Assembly (NCBI GenBank): GCA_044229075.1
Contig: JBGATS010000002.1
Span: forward strand, 40,058-104,057
DNA from: Minisyncoccia bacterium
Lineage (GTDB): Bacteria; Patescibacteriota; Minisyncoccia; Phycocordibacterales; UBA1006
Direction of reading: 5' to 3'
Length of the DNA: 64,000 nt
Below are positions 17,540 through 26,719 of this stretch, piece by piece; the stretch's first letter is position 1; every line of letters starts with the position of its first letter. A model generated the notes under the pieces. The model worked only from the letters and a program-made list of their open reading frames with translations, made no database searches and was not told where the DNA came from. A program made the translations under genes and the position numbers.

Positions 17540-20250
17540 GACTCTATTATAAGCAATTTTTGCGATTTTGTCTTGTCTTTTTCAGTATAGAGCATACTCC
17601 AAATTTCCTCGGTAATGAACGGCATAAACGGGTGGAGAACCTTGATCAAGGTGACCAAGTGTGTACGGAGCGTCCATTGTGCGCTGACTTTATTTCGATG
17701 CTCTGCAATTTTTACCTTTGATCGTTCTAGGATATTACTCGCAAATGTGTCCCAAAAATAATGATAGAGTTTTTCAGAAACCAGATAGAATTTATACTCT
17801 GACATTTCCTTGGTAATTTCAGTAATAAACGCATTCAATGCATCAATAGATTGCCTGTCTTCTGTATCATATTCAGGTTTCTGATCAAGATCTAAATCAT
17901 AAGTTTGTTCCATGACGAATCGTGTCGCGTTCCAGATCTTGTTTGCGAATTTTGAATAGGCTTTTATTTTCTCCTCGGTCATCGTGGTTGGCTGTCCTGG
18001 TCCGACGCCGACAATCATCGACATACGCAGTGCGTCTGCGCCGTGTTTTGCAATCGTTTCGAGCGGATCAATAGCAGTCGCAGGGTTTGATTTGCTCATT
18101 TTCTTTCCATTTTTATCCAACACCATTCCGTGCAAATAAACAGTTTTAAAGGGTACCTCGTCGAGTAAATATCGCGACATCAAGATCATACGTGCAACCC
18201 AAAAGAATATAATATCGTTTCCTGTTTCCAGTACTGATGTTGGGTGATAGGTTTTTAAATCTGATGTATGTTCAGGCCAACCAAGCGTTGAAAATGTCCA
18301 TAGTCCTGATGAAAACCATGTGTCGAGCGTGTCAGAATCTTGAGAAAGATTTTCACCTTTGGGATTTATAAAAATAGGGAATTCAGTAATACTTGCATTA
18401 TCTACACGCCATTTTTTTCGGAATGCAACAAGATCATATTCTTCTTCAAGAACGGCTTTCATTACTGCAGAAAATGTAGCATGTCCCACAATTAAGATGT
18501 CACCATTACTTGCGTCATTATGGATAATTTCCCAAGCACGCTTTGCACGAGCGATCAGTTCATCCTGGGTTTCACCAGTTTTATCATTGAAAGCTGCCAT
18601 CAGTATAGGAATTTTTCTACTAGGAGTACCTTCAACACTTCCGCCATTGATTTCACGAAACTCAGGAGAAGTTTCAATATCAAGTCCCAACGTATCAGCA
18701 ATTATTTTTGCAGTATCATGAGCGCGCGAAAGGTCTGAAGAGAATATTTTAGTAATATTTTTATCTTTCAATAATTTAGCTGTAGTTTTCGCTTGCTCAC
18801 GACCTTTGTCGGTAAGTGGTGTATCATTTTGACCAGCATATATATGCGCAGCATTTGCTTCTGATTCGCCATGGCGGACTAAAATAATGTTTCGCTTTTT
18901 TTGCAAATGGATATTATTATTTTTGTCATACCAAACAGGAATCCGATGTCCGTACCAAATTTGTCGGGAAATACACCAATCGCGTAGGTTTTCGATCCAA
19001 TGAAAATAAACCTTTTCAAATTGTGCTGGCATTATTTTAATATCACCATTACGCACTGTTTCGATCATGAGTTCTTTCAATGATTTATTATTGCGTGCAG
19101 GAATTTTCTTGTTCACATCAACGAACCACTGCAATTTTGGTAATGGTTCAATAATTCCTTTTGACCGTTCTGCGATAGAGACATTTTGTTTTACCGTTTC
19201 TTCTTTCTCGAGTAATCCTTCAGTTCTCAAGTATTCAATAACTACTTCACGCGCCTCGGTTGTTTTCTTGCCTAATATAGTTTCGTCACCAACCGTCATT
19301 TTTGCAAATTCGTTGATTACAGGTTTTACCTCGAGTCCGTGACGCTGTGCAATATCCCAGTCGATTTGACTGTGTGCAGGTGTCACACCCAGGGCGCCTG
19401 TTCCAAATTCTGGTTCGACAGATTCATCAGTAATAATTTTGATTGAAAGTGGAACACCACAAAAAACACCTTCGTATGTTTTTCCTACGAATTCTTTATA
19501 ACGTGCATCATTAGGATGAACCGCTACGGCAACATCACCAACCTTTGTCTCGGGTCGGGTAGTAGAAATGGCAACAGGGAAGTCTTTCCAATATTTGAAG
19601 GTATATAATAGTGCATCGCGTTCCTCGTGATCAATTTCATCATCTGAAATAACCGTCTGACCTTTTGGATCCCAGTTTACAATTTTATATCCACGATAAA
19701 TCAATCCGTCATCATACATTTGTTTGAACGCGGTGTTTACGGCAACCGATCTTTTTCCATCCAATGTAAATGCTTCACGTGACCAATCAACAGATGCGCC
19801 CATTTTGCGTACTTGGCTCACAATGGTGTCATGGGAATTTTGTGCGAATTCGTTTACTCGTTTCAAAAATTCCTCGCGGCCGAGATCTTGTTTACGGATT
19901 TTTTCTTTTTCAAGATTTTTTTCTACAATGGTTTGGGTGGCAATGGCTGCATGATCGGTTCCTGGGAGCCAGAGCGTTTTTTTGCCTTGCATACGTGCAA
20001 ATCGTGTCATGATATCCTGGATCACCAACATGAACGCATGTCCGGTATGTAATGTTCCGGTTACATTGGGTGGTGGTAGTACTATCGAAAATGGCTCTGC
20101 GCTTACATCAGTAACTCCTTTTTCAATACAAATATCTGGATTAAAAAATCCAGATTCTTCCCAAGTTTTGTAGATAGATTCTTCAACTTCAGAGGCATTA
20201 TACGGTTTTAATAATTTTTCAGGAACATTTGCCTTGTTTTCAAAAGTCAT
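17527..20250 (-). CDS. valS: Valyl-tRNA synthetase carrying an inserted histidine-phosphatase (PGAM-like) domain
   Basis: PPPNVTGTLHTGHAF (HIGH), KMSKSNPATAIDP (KMSKS), CISRQIWYGHRIPVWY and TLDTWFSSGLWTFSTLGWPE are present. Between the last two motifs, about 190 extra aa contain ILVRHGESEAN...GQNDTPLTDKGREQA...IFSSDLSRAHDTA...ILIVGHATF. These are the RHG catalytic motif plus the second conserved His of the histidine phosphatase superfamily. Confidence 0.9.
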   Translation of the reverse strand: MTFENKANVPEKLLKPYNASEVEESIYKTWEESGFFNPDICIEKGVTDVSAEPFSIVLPPPNVTGTLHTGHAFMLVIQDIMTRFARMQGKKTLWLPGTDHAAIATQTIVEKNLEKEKIRKQDLGREEFLKRVNEFAQNSHDTIVSQVRKMGASVDWSREAFTLDGKRSVAVNTAFKQMYDDGLIYRGYKIVNWDPKGQTVISDDEIDHEERDALLYTFKYWKDFPVAISTTRPETKVGDVAVAVHPNDARYKEFVGKTYEGVFCGVPLSIKIITDESVEPEFGTGALGVTPAHSQIDWDIAQRHGLEVKPVINEFAKMTVGDETILGKKTTEAREVVIEYLRTEGLLEKEETVKQNVSIAERSKGIIEPLPKLQWFVDVNKKIPARNNKSLKELMIETVRNGDIKIMPAQFEKVYFHWIENLRDWCISRQIWYGHRIPVWYDKNNNIHLQKKRNIILVRHGESEANAAHIYAGQNDTPLTDKGREQAKTTAKLLKDKNITKIFSSDLSRAHDTAKIIADTLGLDIETSPEFREINGGSVEGTPSRKIPILMAAFNDKTGETQDELIARAKRAWEIIHNDASNGDILIVGHATFSAVMKAVLEEEYDLVAFRKKWRVDNASITEFPIFINPKGENLSQDSDTLDTWFSSGLWTFSTLGWPEHTSDLKTYHPTSVLETGNDIIFFWVARMILMSRYLLDEVPFKTVYLHGMVLDKNGKKMSKSNPATAIDPLETIAKHGADALRMSMIVGVGPGQPTTMTEEKIKAYSKFANKIWNATRFVMEQTYDLDLDQKPEYDTEDRQSIDALNAFITEITKEMSEYKFYLVSEKLYHYFWDTFASNILERSKVKIAEHRNKVSAQWTLRTHLVTLIKVLHPFMPFITEEIWSMLYTEKDKTKSQKLLIIESWPV

Positions 20251-20331
20251 ATGGAGAGACTATACCATTTTATATGTTTTTTGAGGAGTACTTGACATTT
20301 ATATATAAATATGATAATATAAAAAGAAAAA

Positions 20332-20589
20332 ATGGAAACATTAAAAAATATAGGTATTGCATTAGGAGAGATTTTCTTGGCAATACTAAACGCTGTTGGG
20401 AGCGTTGTAAAAAGTTACCCAAAATTCTTTGGACTTTTGTTCATTATCAGCACAGTTTTTCTGGGTTGTATAATAAGTAAACCTTTCATGGATTTTGTAG
20501 CGCAAATCATTGCGCTCGGAATCATGATTGGTTTAGGGTTTATGATCTTCGGGTCTAAATCTCAATCTAAACCACCAAAGAAAAAATAG
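20332..20589 (+). CDS. Small membrane protein, hypothetical
   Basis: 85 aa with two hydrophobic helices. Upstream TTGACA-N17-TAATAT promoter. Confidence 0.4.
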   Translation: METLKNIGIALGEIFLAILNAVGSVVKSYPKFFGLLFIISTVFLGCIISKPFMDFVAQIIALGIMIGLGFMIFGSKSQSKPPKKK

Positions 20590-20674
20590 AAAAAGGAGAA
20601 TGCGGATGCCTAATTATAAAATTCCGCTCAATCTTTAAGAAGAGGATAGTGTATTGTCTTTTTAACGGTTGAAA

Positions 20675-21862
20675 CTACAATGACAAATTTCCATTTGCAA
20701 TAATATTGTTATAAATATTATCAGGATTTTTTTTGTACTTGAAATATCCAGCAAGTCCAATCATGAGTGCATTGTCACCAGTCAGTTCGCGAATAGGGAA
20801 ATGAATATGTTCACGTGGAATAATCTCGGAAATTTTTTCTATAAGAGATTCTTTGATTCGATTATTTGCAGAAACACCACCACCAACGATTAGGGTTTGC
20901 ACGCCAAAATCATTCATCGCTGAACGTGTTTTTTTAGTGATAACCTCGGCTGCTGCTTCTTGGAATTCATGACAGATTTCACTTTTCAAATGTTCTGGGA
21001 TGATATCATTGTGAGCAGACTTGATATCGCGAACAGTATATAATACAGCAGTTTTTAGCCCAGAAAACGAAAAATCGTAGTCTTTTGAGTGGATCATAGG
21101 ACGAGGTAGTTCAATACTCGACTGTGTAGATTTTTCATGCTGGAGAGCCATTTTTGAGACTTCTGGACCACCTGGATAGGGAAGTCCCAGTATTCTGGCA
21201 ACTTTATCAAAAGCTTCACCAACTGCATCGTCACGTGTTTTTCCGATAATTTCATATTGACCTAAGTTTTTCACTAATACCAACTCTGTATGTCCACCAG
21301 AGATTAATAATGCAAGTGCGGGAAATGGAAAGAGTTTATGTTGGACAGAAAAAGTATTTCCTTGCTCTGGATTATTTTCTGGAACGAGTACTGACAGAAT
21401 ATGACCTTCCATGTGGTTTACAGGAATAACAGGAATGTTCCACAATACTCCAACCGCTTTTGCAAAGCTTATACCAACCCATAGCGCAGGTTCCAGTCCT
21501 GGACCAGAGGTCACACAAACTGCATCAATACCAGGATTTGAAATTGGCAGTACGTGTTTCATAAATGATTCAAGAAGTTGTGATTCGCGCTGTAGTATTG
21601 TTTCGATTTCAAGATTATAGATAACCTCTGAATGTGAAACTACTTCCTGATTTAAAATTTTCAGTAAGATGGGAACAAGGTTTTTTTGATGTTCTCGTTT
21701 TGCTAAAGCAGGGAACACGCCACCAAATTCCTGATGAATATCGATCTGCGATTGTGTAATAGTGCTGTGAACGTCAAAATCAACCCCAGAAGCTGTTTCT
21801 GTGGCGGTAAAGAGGGAAAGGCTGGTTTCATCACAGGATGTTTCAATAGCTAAAATCTTCAT
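20675..21862 (-). CDS. tsaD: tRNA N6-threonylcarbamoyladenosine synthase TsaD (Kae1/YgjD)
   Basis: KILAIETSCDETSLSL...FGGVFPALAKREH...IDAVCVTSGPGLEPALWVGISFAKAVG...NHMEGH. Confidence 0.85.
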   Translation of the reverse strand: MKILAIETSCDETSLSLFTATETASGVDFDVHSTITQSQIDIHQEFGGVFPALAKREHQKNLVPILLKILNQEVVSHSEVIYNLEIETILQRESQLLESFMKHVLPISNPGIDAVCVTSGPGLEPALWVGISFAKAVGVLWNIPVIPVNHMEGHILSVLVPENNPEQGNTFSVQHKLFPFPALALLISGGHTELVLVKNLGQYEIIGKTRDDAVGEAFDKVARILGLPYPGGPEVSKMALQHEKSTQSSIELPRPMIHSKDYDFSFSGLKTAVLYTVRDIKSAHNDIIPEHLKSEICHEFQEAAAEVITKKTRSAMNDFGVQTLIVGGGVSANNRIKESLIEKISEIIPREHIHFPIRELTGDNALMIGLAGYFKYKKNPDNIYNNIIANGNLSL

Positions 21863-22037
21863 AATTTGTAATCTAGCATAGATTTTTTATTCAGAGAAAT
21901 GTTTTTCTCGAAAGGATTGACTTTTTATAAAAAATAATATATTATTAATAACTGACACAGCTCGTTGTAAAAAGAATACCTCTTTTGCAAACGGGTTTTT
22001 TATTTTAAAAAAATTAATAACCAAAACAAAATTAAAT

Positions 22038-23237
22038 ATGGAACAGAAAAAACTAAAAAACATTCGGATAGCCATTATTGGACCATCTGGAGCAGGAAAG
22101 ACAACACTAATTGATTTACTTTTTATTGTCTTTAGAAATATGCATTTTGCAATTTCTGATACAACAAAAACATTACCAATTGGGCATGTGAATGGACAGG
22201 AATATAATTATATTTCTACTGAAAAGTTTTCTGAAAAGAGAAAAGATAATCTCTATGCAGAATATAATGACCAATTTAATGATTGGTATGGTACACCACT
22301 ATCAGAAACTGATATTACAGATCATTCTGTAATATTTAATGTTGATGTTGATGGTGCAAGAAATTTGAAAAAAATATTTCCAGATTTGGTAACAATTTTT
22401 ATTAAACCACCTAGTGTACAGGAATTAGAGCGACGACTACTTGTCCGTGCTCGTGAAACCGAAGAAAAAATTAAATTACGCATTAGACGTTATCGGTATG
22501 AAAAGAAATTTATACCATTTTTTGACTACTGTTTAACAAATAATGATTTAGATGGATGTTTTGCAAAACTTGCAGCAATTATTTTCAAAGAACAAGGTGG
22601 AATTATTACGGCAATTGATGGTACTGCTGCTAGTGGTAAGGGTACTATAGCAAAGGAGCTTGCTAAAATATTTGATGCTTATCACTTGGATTCTGGTTTG
22701 ATTTATCGCAGTATTACCTACGCAATGATTAACGAGGGAATCACTCATGATGATGAAAATCTTGGACAATATTTATCAAGATTTTTAGAAACCTTTTCAG
22801 GTGTTGAAGATGAAAAATTACTACGCACTGAGGAAATTAGTGTGAAGGTTGCTAATTTTAGCGGCTTGAAAGAAGTTCGTAGGATCGCTTTTCAACTTCA
22901 AATGAAAATGGCATATCATTTTGGGCATTGTCATATTATTGCGGAAGGTCGCGATATGACAACATTTGTATTTAGCGAAGCTCAATACAAATTCTTTGTG
23001 GATTGTCCGTTGGATATTCGTGCAGAACGACGATCAAAACAGTTTAGGTACTTAAAAAATTCTGCAGATTATTGGAATATTTATAATGCACTAGAATGTC
23101 GTGATAGAGCTGACAGAGAACGAAAACTTCATCCTTTGAAGTTTTGCCCATGGCTAGGTGTTAAGAAAATCAATAACATTAAACTTCTTGAAAAAACAAT
23201 TGAAAAAACTATCTCTTTTTACAAAGAAGCCGCTTGA
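22038..23237 (+). CDS. gmk/cmk: Bifunctional guanylate kinase / cytidylate kinase fusion
   Basis: N-terminal half: IIGPSGAGKTTL...ISDTTK...NGQEYNYISTEKF...WYGT...FIKPPSVQELERRL is Gmk-like. C-terminal half: ITAIDGTAASGKGTIAKELAKIFDAYHLDSGLIYR...AEGRDMTTFVF...DIRAERRSKQ is Cmk-like. Confidence 0.8.
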   Translation: MEQKKLKNIRIAIIGPSGAGKTTLIDLLFIVFRNMHFAISDTTKTLPIGHVNGQEYNYISTEKFSEKRKDNLYAEYNDQFNDWYGTPLSETDITDHSVIFNVDVDGARNLKKIFPDLVTIFIKPPSVQELERRLLVRARETEEKIKLRIRRYRYEKKFIPFFDYCLTNNDLDGCFAKLAAIIFKEQGGIITAIDGTAASGKGTIAKELAKIFDAYHLDSGLIYRSITYAMINEGITHDDENLGQYLSRFLETFSGVEDEKLLRTEEISVKVANFSGLKEVRRIAFQLQMKMAYHFGHCHIIAEGRDMTTFVFSEAQYKFFVDCPLDIRAERRSKQFRYLKNSADYWNIYNALECRDRADRERKLHPLKFCPWLGVKKINNIKLLEKTIEKTISFYKEAA

Positions 23238-23256
23238 TTCGAAAAAATAGTTATTA

Positions 23257-23285
23257 AGCACCACAAATTGTGGTGCTTTTTCTTT
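23257..23285 (+). terminator. Terminator after gmk/cmk
   Basis: agcaccaca-aat-tgtggtgct followed by T5. Confidence 0.75.
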
Positions 23286-23305
23286 TTGTATTTTTCCTGT
23301 AGTGT

Positions 23306-24034
23306 ATGATTATTATGAGACTAGATCAGTATATCGTACATCATTTTGGATTGTCACGTGCTCGGGCACAATTACTCATTCGTGACGGATCAGTAACGTT
23401 CCGTGGTAAGGTGATTAAAAAATCATCACTTGATATGAGTAATACTATTGACCCGACAGACATAGTAATTACCGATACGGTGAAATATGTATCGCGCGCA
23501 GGATTGAAATTGGAACATGCATTGCGTGAATTTTCTGTAGATGTTACCGGAAAAAATTGTCTGGATATTGGATCCTCAACAGGCGGATTTACGGATTGTT
23601 TATTGCAATACGGTGCAACACATGTTGATTGTGTAGACGTTGGGTCCGATCAGCTACATATAACGATAAAAGACGATCTGCATGTTAGTGTGTATGAACA
23701 AACAGACATTAGAAATTTTAACTCAAGTCATACTTATGACGTAATTGTGTGTGATGTTTCGTTTATTTCTCTTGTCCATATTATTCCAGAATTACCACGA
23801 TTTTCAGATGGTAATACTCGAACTATTCTCTTGATCAAACCGCAGTTCGAGGTTGGTAAAGAATTTTTAAACAAACAGGGAATTGTGGTAAACGATCAAG
23901 CAGCTCAGGACTGTATTCAAAAAATAAAAAACACCCTGCATGAATTCGGTTTTGCCGAGCAGGGTGTTATACTATCACCAATTAATGGTGGTGATGGTAA
24001 TCAGGAGTTTTTAATCTATTCTTGCAAATCTTAA
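23306..24034 (+). CDS. tlyA: TlyA-family rRNA 2'-O-methyltransferase (S4 domain plus FtsJ-like MTase)
   Basis: RLDQYIVHHFGLSRARAQLLIRDGSVTFRGKVI (S4) and CLDIGSSTGGFTDCLLQYGATHVDCVDVG (MTase motif I). Confidence 0.8.
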   Translation: MIIMRLDQYIVHHFGLSRARAQLLIRDGSVTFRGKVIKKSSLDMSNTIDPTDIVITDTVKYVSRAGLKLEHALREFSVDVTGKNCLDIGSSTGGFTDCLLQYGATHVDCVDVGSDQLHITIKDDLHVSVYEQTDIRNFNSSHTYDVIVCDVSFISLVHIIPELPRFSDGNTRTILLIKPQFEVGKEFLNKQGIVVNDQAAQDCIQKIKNTLHEFGFAEQGVILSPINGGDGNQEFLIYSCKS

Positions 24035-24705
24035 ACTTCCTTTAATAATTCTTTTAAATCATACTCGTTATCTGTACGCGCAATCATAAATAACCCATTA
24101 TCTAATGGATAGAGGTAACTCATTAATGTGGTATCAGTACGGATGAAATCTTGGAAATCAGTAACGCTCTTTTGGTTACGCAAGGCATTATCAATCACAA
24201 CGATGCTTTTTTTGTGTAAAAAATACTTCAAATAATTCCAGTATTCTTGATAATTTCCACGATCTGCATCCATGAAAATAAAATCAAATACTATATCCTC
24301 GGGAATCATGGGCAAATAATTACCAATCATTCCACTGTGAAATTGCACAAACGGGAAATATGGACCAAGAGTATTGTGTGCAATTTCTGATTTTTCTGGA
24401 TTTTTCTCGAGCGTGATCATGTGTGCATGTTCGCCTTGCTCATCAAGTGCTGCAGCAATCCATAAGGTTGAATAACCAATCGAGGTGCCTAGTTCTAGGG
24501 CAGTTCTAAATCCAAGTTTGATAATTAAAGAATACAAAAATTGCCCAGTCGTTTTTGGAATACTCCACGCGCGTTCACCTACAGTAGTATCATTTTTCAA
24601 GTGATCACCACGGGCAATTTGTGATGGTGAATATATGACATAGGTTTGTGCATGGCGCGTTACTTTCTCGAGAAGATTTAAAAATATTTGACTTCGGGTA
24701 TTCAT
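24031..24705 (-). CDS. Class I SAM-dependent O-methyltransferase (family 3, YrrM/TrmR-like)
   Basis: ALELGTSIGYSTLWIAAAL...HMITLEKNPEKSEIA...FIFMDADRGNYQEYWNYL...VVIDNAL. Confidence 0.7.
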   Translation of the reverse strand: MNTRSQIFLNLLEKVTRHAQTYVIYSPSQIARGDHLKNDTTVGERAWSIPKTTGQFLYSLIIKLGFRTALELGTSIGYSTLWIAAALDEQGEHAHMITLEKNPEKSEIAHNTLGPYFPFVQFHSGMIGNYLPMIPEDIVFDFIFMDADRGNYQEYWNYLKYFLHKKSIVVIDNALRNQKSVTDFQDFIRTDTTLMSYLYPLDNGLFMIARTDNEYDLKELLKEV

Positions 24706-24706
24706 G

Positions 24707-24779
24707 TGCGCGATACAGGATTCGAACCTGTGACATCCACAACGTCAATGTGGCGCTCTACCAACTGAGCTAACCGCGC
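24707..24779 (-). tRNA. tRNA-Val (anticodon GAC)
   Basis: The reverse complement folds as acceptor GCGCGGT/ATCGCGC, D-arm GCTC-AGTTGGTA-GAGC, anticodon loop TTGACGT, T-arm ACAGG-TTCGAAT-CCTGT. Confidence 0.8.
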
Positions 24780-24865
24780 AAATTATAAAAAACTATAGCA
24801 CAGAAATCTTTTCGGATAAATTATTGACAATATTTAAAAAGTGAGTATTATAAAAAGAAAAAATT

Positions 24866-25228
24866 ATGACAAGTACTAAGAAAAAATCAGTGTTGGATAT
24901 GAAATTATTCAGTAGAGAAGAGATTAACAAAAACAACATTGTATTCGCGATTGCATACACAATCCACAAATACAAAATAACGTTTTTCGCGGATGATTTT
25001 TTGCAATTTATCAACACGCAACATCGTGAATACTGGCTCGATATTCTCACCATTATTCCTGATGAGCGTCGTGAGATTAAAGAACAAATTATCTATCAAA
25101 TTGGACCAGTAAATCCAAGAGATATGAAAAAATTGTTCGAGGTATTTAAAAACGATGGGGAATTTTGTCGTTTTATCATAGAACAAAATGAATGCCACCA
25201 ACAAATTGTTGATCATGCGTCAGCATAA
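24866..25228 (+). CDS. Hypothetical protein
   Basis: 120-aa ORF with an upstream TTGACA-N16-TATTAT promoter at 24826-24852. The antisense ORF 24905..25216 is rejected. Confidence 0.4.
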   Translation: MTSTKKKSVLDMKLFSREEINKNNIVFAIAYTIHKYKITFFADDFLQFINTQHREYWLDILTIIPDERREIKEQIIYQIGPVNPRDMKKLFEVFKNDGEFCRFIIEQNECHQQIVDHASA

Positions 25229-25334
25229 ATAATGGTATTTCTAAAAATAAAGACATGACTTCTGTTGTGTCTTTTTCTTGATTTTTATTGAAAATCTGAT
25301 ATGCTGTTTCTCGTGGTAACCATAGGTTTACTTT

Positions 25335-25406
25335 GGCCCTATCGTCTATCGGTTAGGACAGCAGGTTTTCATTCTGCAAAGCGGGGTTCGACTCCCCGTA
25401 GGGTCA
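25335..25406 (+). tRNA. tRNA-Glu (anticodon TTC); integration target of the downstream island
   Basis: Acceptor GGCCCTA/TAGGGTC, Glu-type D-arm TC-GTCTATCGGTTAGGAC, anticodon stem GCAGG/TCTGC with loop TTTTCAT, T-arm CGGGG-TTCGACT-CCCCG. Confidence 0.8.
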
Positions 25407-25460
25407 CAATAGAGAGAGCTAGTTCGAGCGCTCGAGAAGGGTCGAAACTAGCAAACAAAA

Positions 25461-25485
25461 GCAAGTCAGAAATGACTTGCTTTTG
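25461..25485 (+). terminator. Terminator downstream of tRNA-Glu
   Basis: gcaagtca-gaaa-tgacttgc followed by TTTT. Confidence 0.75.
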
Positions 25486-25517
25486 TTGTACTAAACTACA
25501 ACGATTTGTGATACAAT
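25485..25517 (+). promoter_or_regulatory. Candidate C-box-like palindrome (GTTGTA-N6-TACAAC) plus extended -10 (TGTGATACAAT) upstream of the controller gene
   Basis: Inverted repeat gttgta ctaaac tacaac at 25485-25502 sits at the -35 position relative to TGnTACAAT at 25508-25517. ATG at 25524. Confidence 0.4.
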
Positions 25518-25523
25518 ATTTTT

Positions 25524-25730
25524 ATGAAAGATGATGCTAAGAAATTGGGAGAAAATCTCAAAATGATCAGAACAAAGAAGGATATTACACAAACACAACT
25601 TGCGGATATCCTTGGAGTCGACAAGTCTTTTGTGAGTAATATTGAGAACGGAAAAACCAACCCTACTCTTTCAACTATTACTAATCTAGCTCAAGCGTTG
25701 AATGTGTCGACTAATGAATTATTAAAATAA
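25524..25730 (+). CDS. XRE-family HTH regulator, probable R-M controller (C) protein
   Basis: 68 aa with the Cro/C1-type HTH LKMIRTKKDITQTQLADILGVDKSFVSNIENGKTNP...LAQALNVSTNELL. It lies directly upstream of the restriction and methyltransferase genes. Confidence 0.65.
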   Translation: MKDDAKKLGENLKMIRTKKDITQTQLADILGVDKSFVSNIENGKTNPTLSTITNLAQALNVSTNELLK

Positions 25731-25734
25731 ATTT

Positions 25735-26715
25735 ATGGCAAGTACAAATTCTAAACAAATGACAACAGGAAAATCTTTTGAGTATGCTCTATTGATTTCC
25801 TTTGAAGAAAAATTGAAAGATAAAACAAATCTTGAGGTCGTAAAAAACTCTGCTTTTGATGTTGCAAAAAGTTGTTTTGATAGTGTTTCTAATCTTGAAA
25901 GAAGTGAGTATCTTCTGTCTGCAAGTTTTGCGGTTAACTTTTTAATGGATATAGAGCCAAGACTTTCAAATGATATTGGAAAAGACGATATTCTTCAACT
26001 TGAAATTTTATCAGATAACCATGGTAAAGCTGGTGATGTTCGTGATGTGCTTGCTATCAGATTACTTCAAAAATGGGAAATTGGTGTTTCTGCAAAGAAT
26101 AATCATATGGCAGTAAAACATTCTCGACTATCGTCGAGTATTGATTTTGGTGACAAGTGGTTAGGGTCCAAAGCTTCTAGTGAGTATTTTAATGAAATAA
26201 CTCCGATATTCTCTAGTCTTGAACAAATAAGAAAAGAAAGTGGAGCAAAAAAGAAGTGGAGTGAATTGGGTGATTATCACTCTACAATTTATGTTCCTAT
26301 TCTTAAAGCTTTTATAAAAGAACTAAAAAATCTGTACAAAAAAGATCCTGCAAGGGTTGCATCTAATCTGGTTGCTTACCTGGTTGGAAAAAAGGATTTT
26401 TATAAAGTAATCAAAGGGAAAAATTCTGTTGAAATTCATGCGTATAATTTAAACGGAACTTTAAATCTCCCATTTAAGGATGTTCAGCCTAAGTATAAAA
26501 CCCCAAAGGTCCCACTTCCTACTGAAATAGTTGATATAGATTTCAAGAATGGTAGTGACACAACAGCTATCGTAACAATGAATAATGATTGGACTTTGTC
26601 ATTCCGAATTCACAATGCAAGTTCAAGAGTTGAATCTTCTTTAAAGTTCGATATCAATCTTTTAAAATCACCAAATAAATTATTTAAAAACACGTTAACG
26701 ATAAGTAAAGATTAA
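25735..26715 (+). CDS. Putative type II restriction endonuclease of the C-R-M module
   Basis: 326-aa ORF between the C protein and the C5-methyltransferase, with 4-nt gaps. It has a possible PD-(D/E)xK-like segment GDVRDV...WEIGVSAK. The call rests mainly on position. Confidence 0.45.
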   Translation: MASTNSKQMTTGKSFEYALLISFEEKLKDKTNLEVVKNSAFDVAKSCFDSVSNLERSEYLLSASFAVNFLMDIEPRLSNDIGKDDILQLEILSDNHGKAGDVRDVLAIRLLQKWEIGVSAKNNHMAVKHSRLSSSIDFGDKWLGSKASSEYFNEITPIFSSLEQIRKESGAKKKWSELGDYHSTIYVPILKAFIKELKNLYKKDPARVASNLVAYLVGKKDFYKVIKGKNSVEIHAYNLNGTLNLPFKDVQPKYKTPKVPLPTEIVDIDFKNGSDTTAIVTMNNDWTLSFRIHNASSRVESSLKFDINLLKSPNKLFKNTLTISKD

Positions 26716-26719
26716 AATT

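Noticed and set aside
20229-20480. 83-aa ORF 20229..20480 overlapping the start of valS and the small membrane-protein gene
   Set aside because: It is out of frame with the better-supported 20332..20589 ORF, which has a canonical promoter. It overlaps the valS start on the other strand.
24905-25216. Minus-strand 103-aa ORF antisense to 24866..25228
   Set aside because: The + strand ORF is preceded by a TTGACA-N16-TATTAT promoter, and the minus ORF has no start context.
25301-25534. 77-aa + strand ORF spanning tRNA-Glu and its terminator
   Set aside because: It overlaps a well-folding tRNA-Glu and a rho-independent terminator, so it is a non-coding region.
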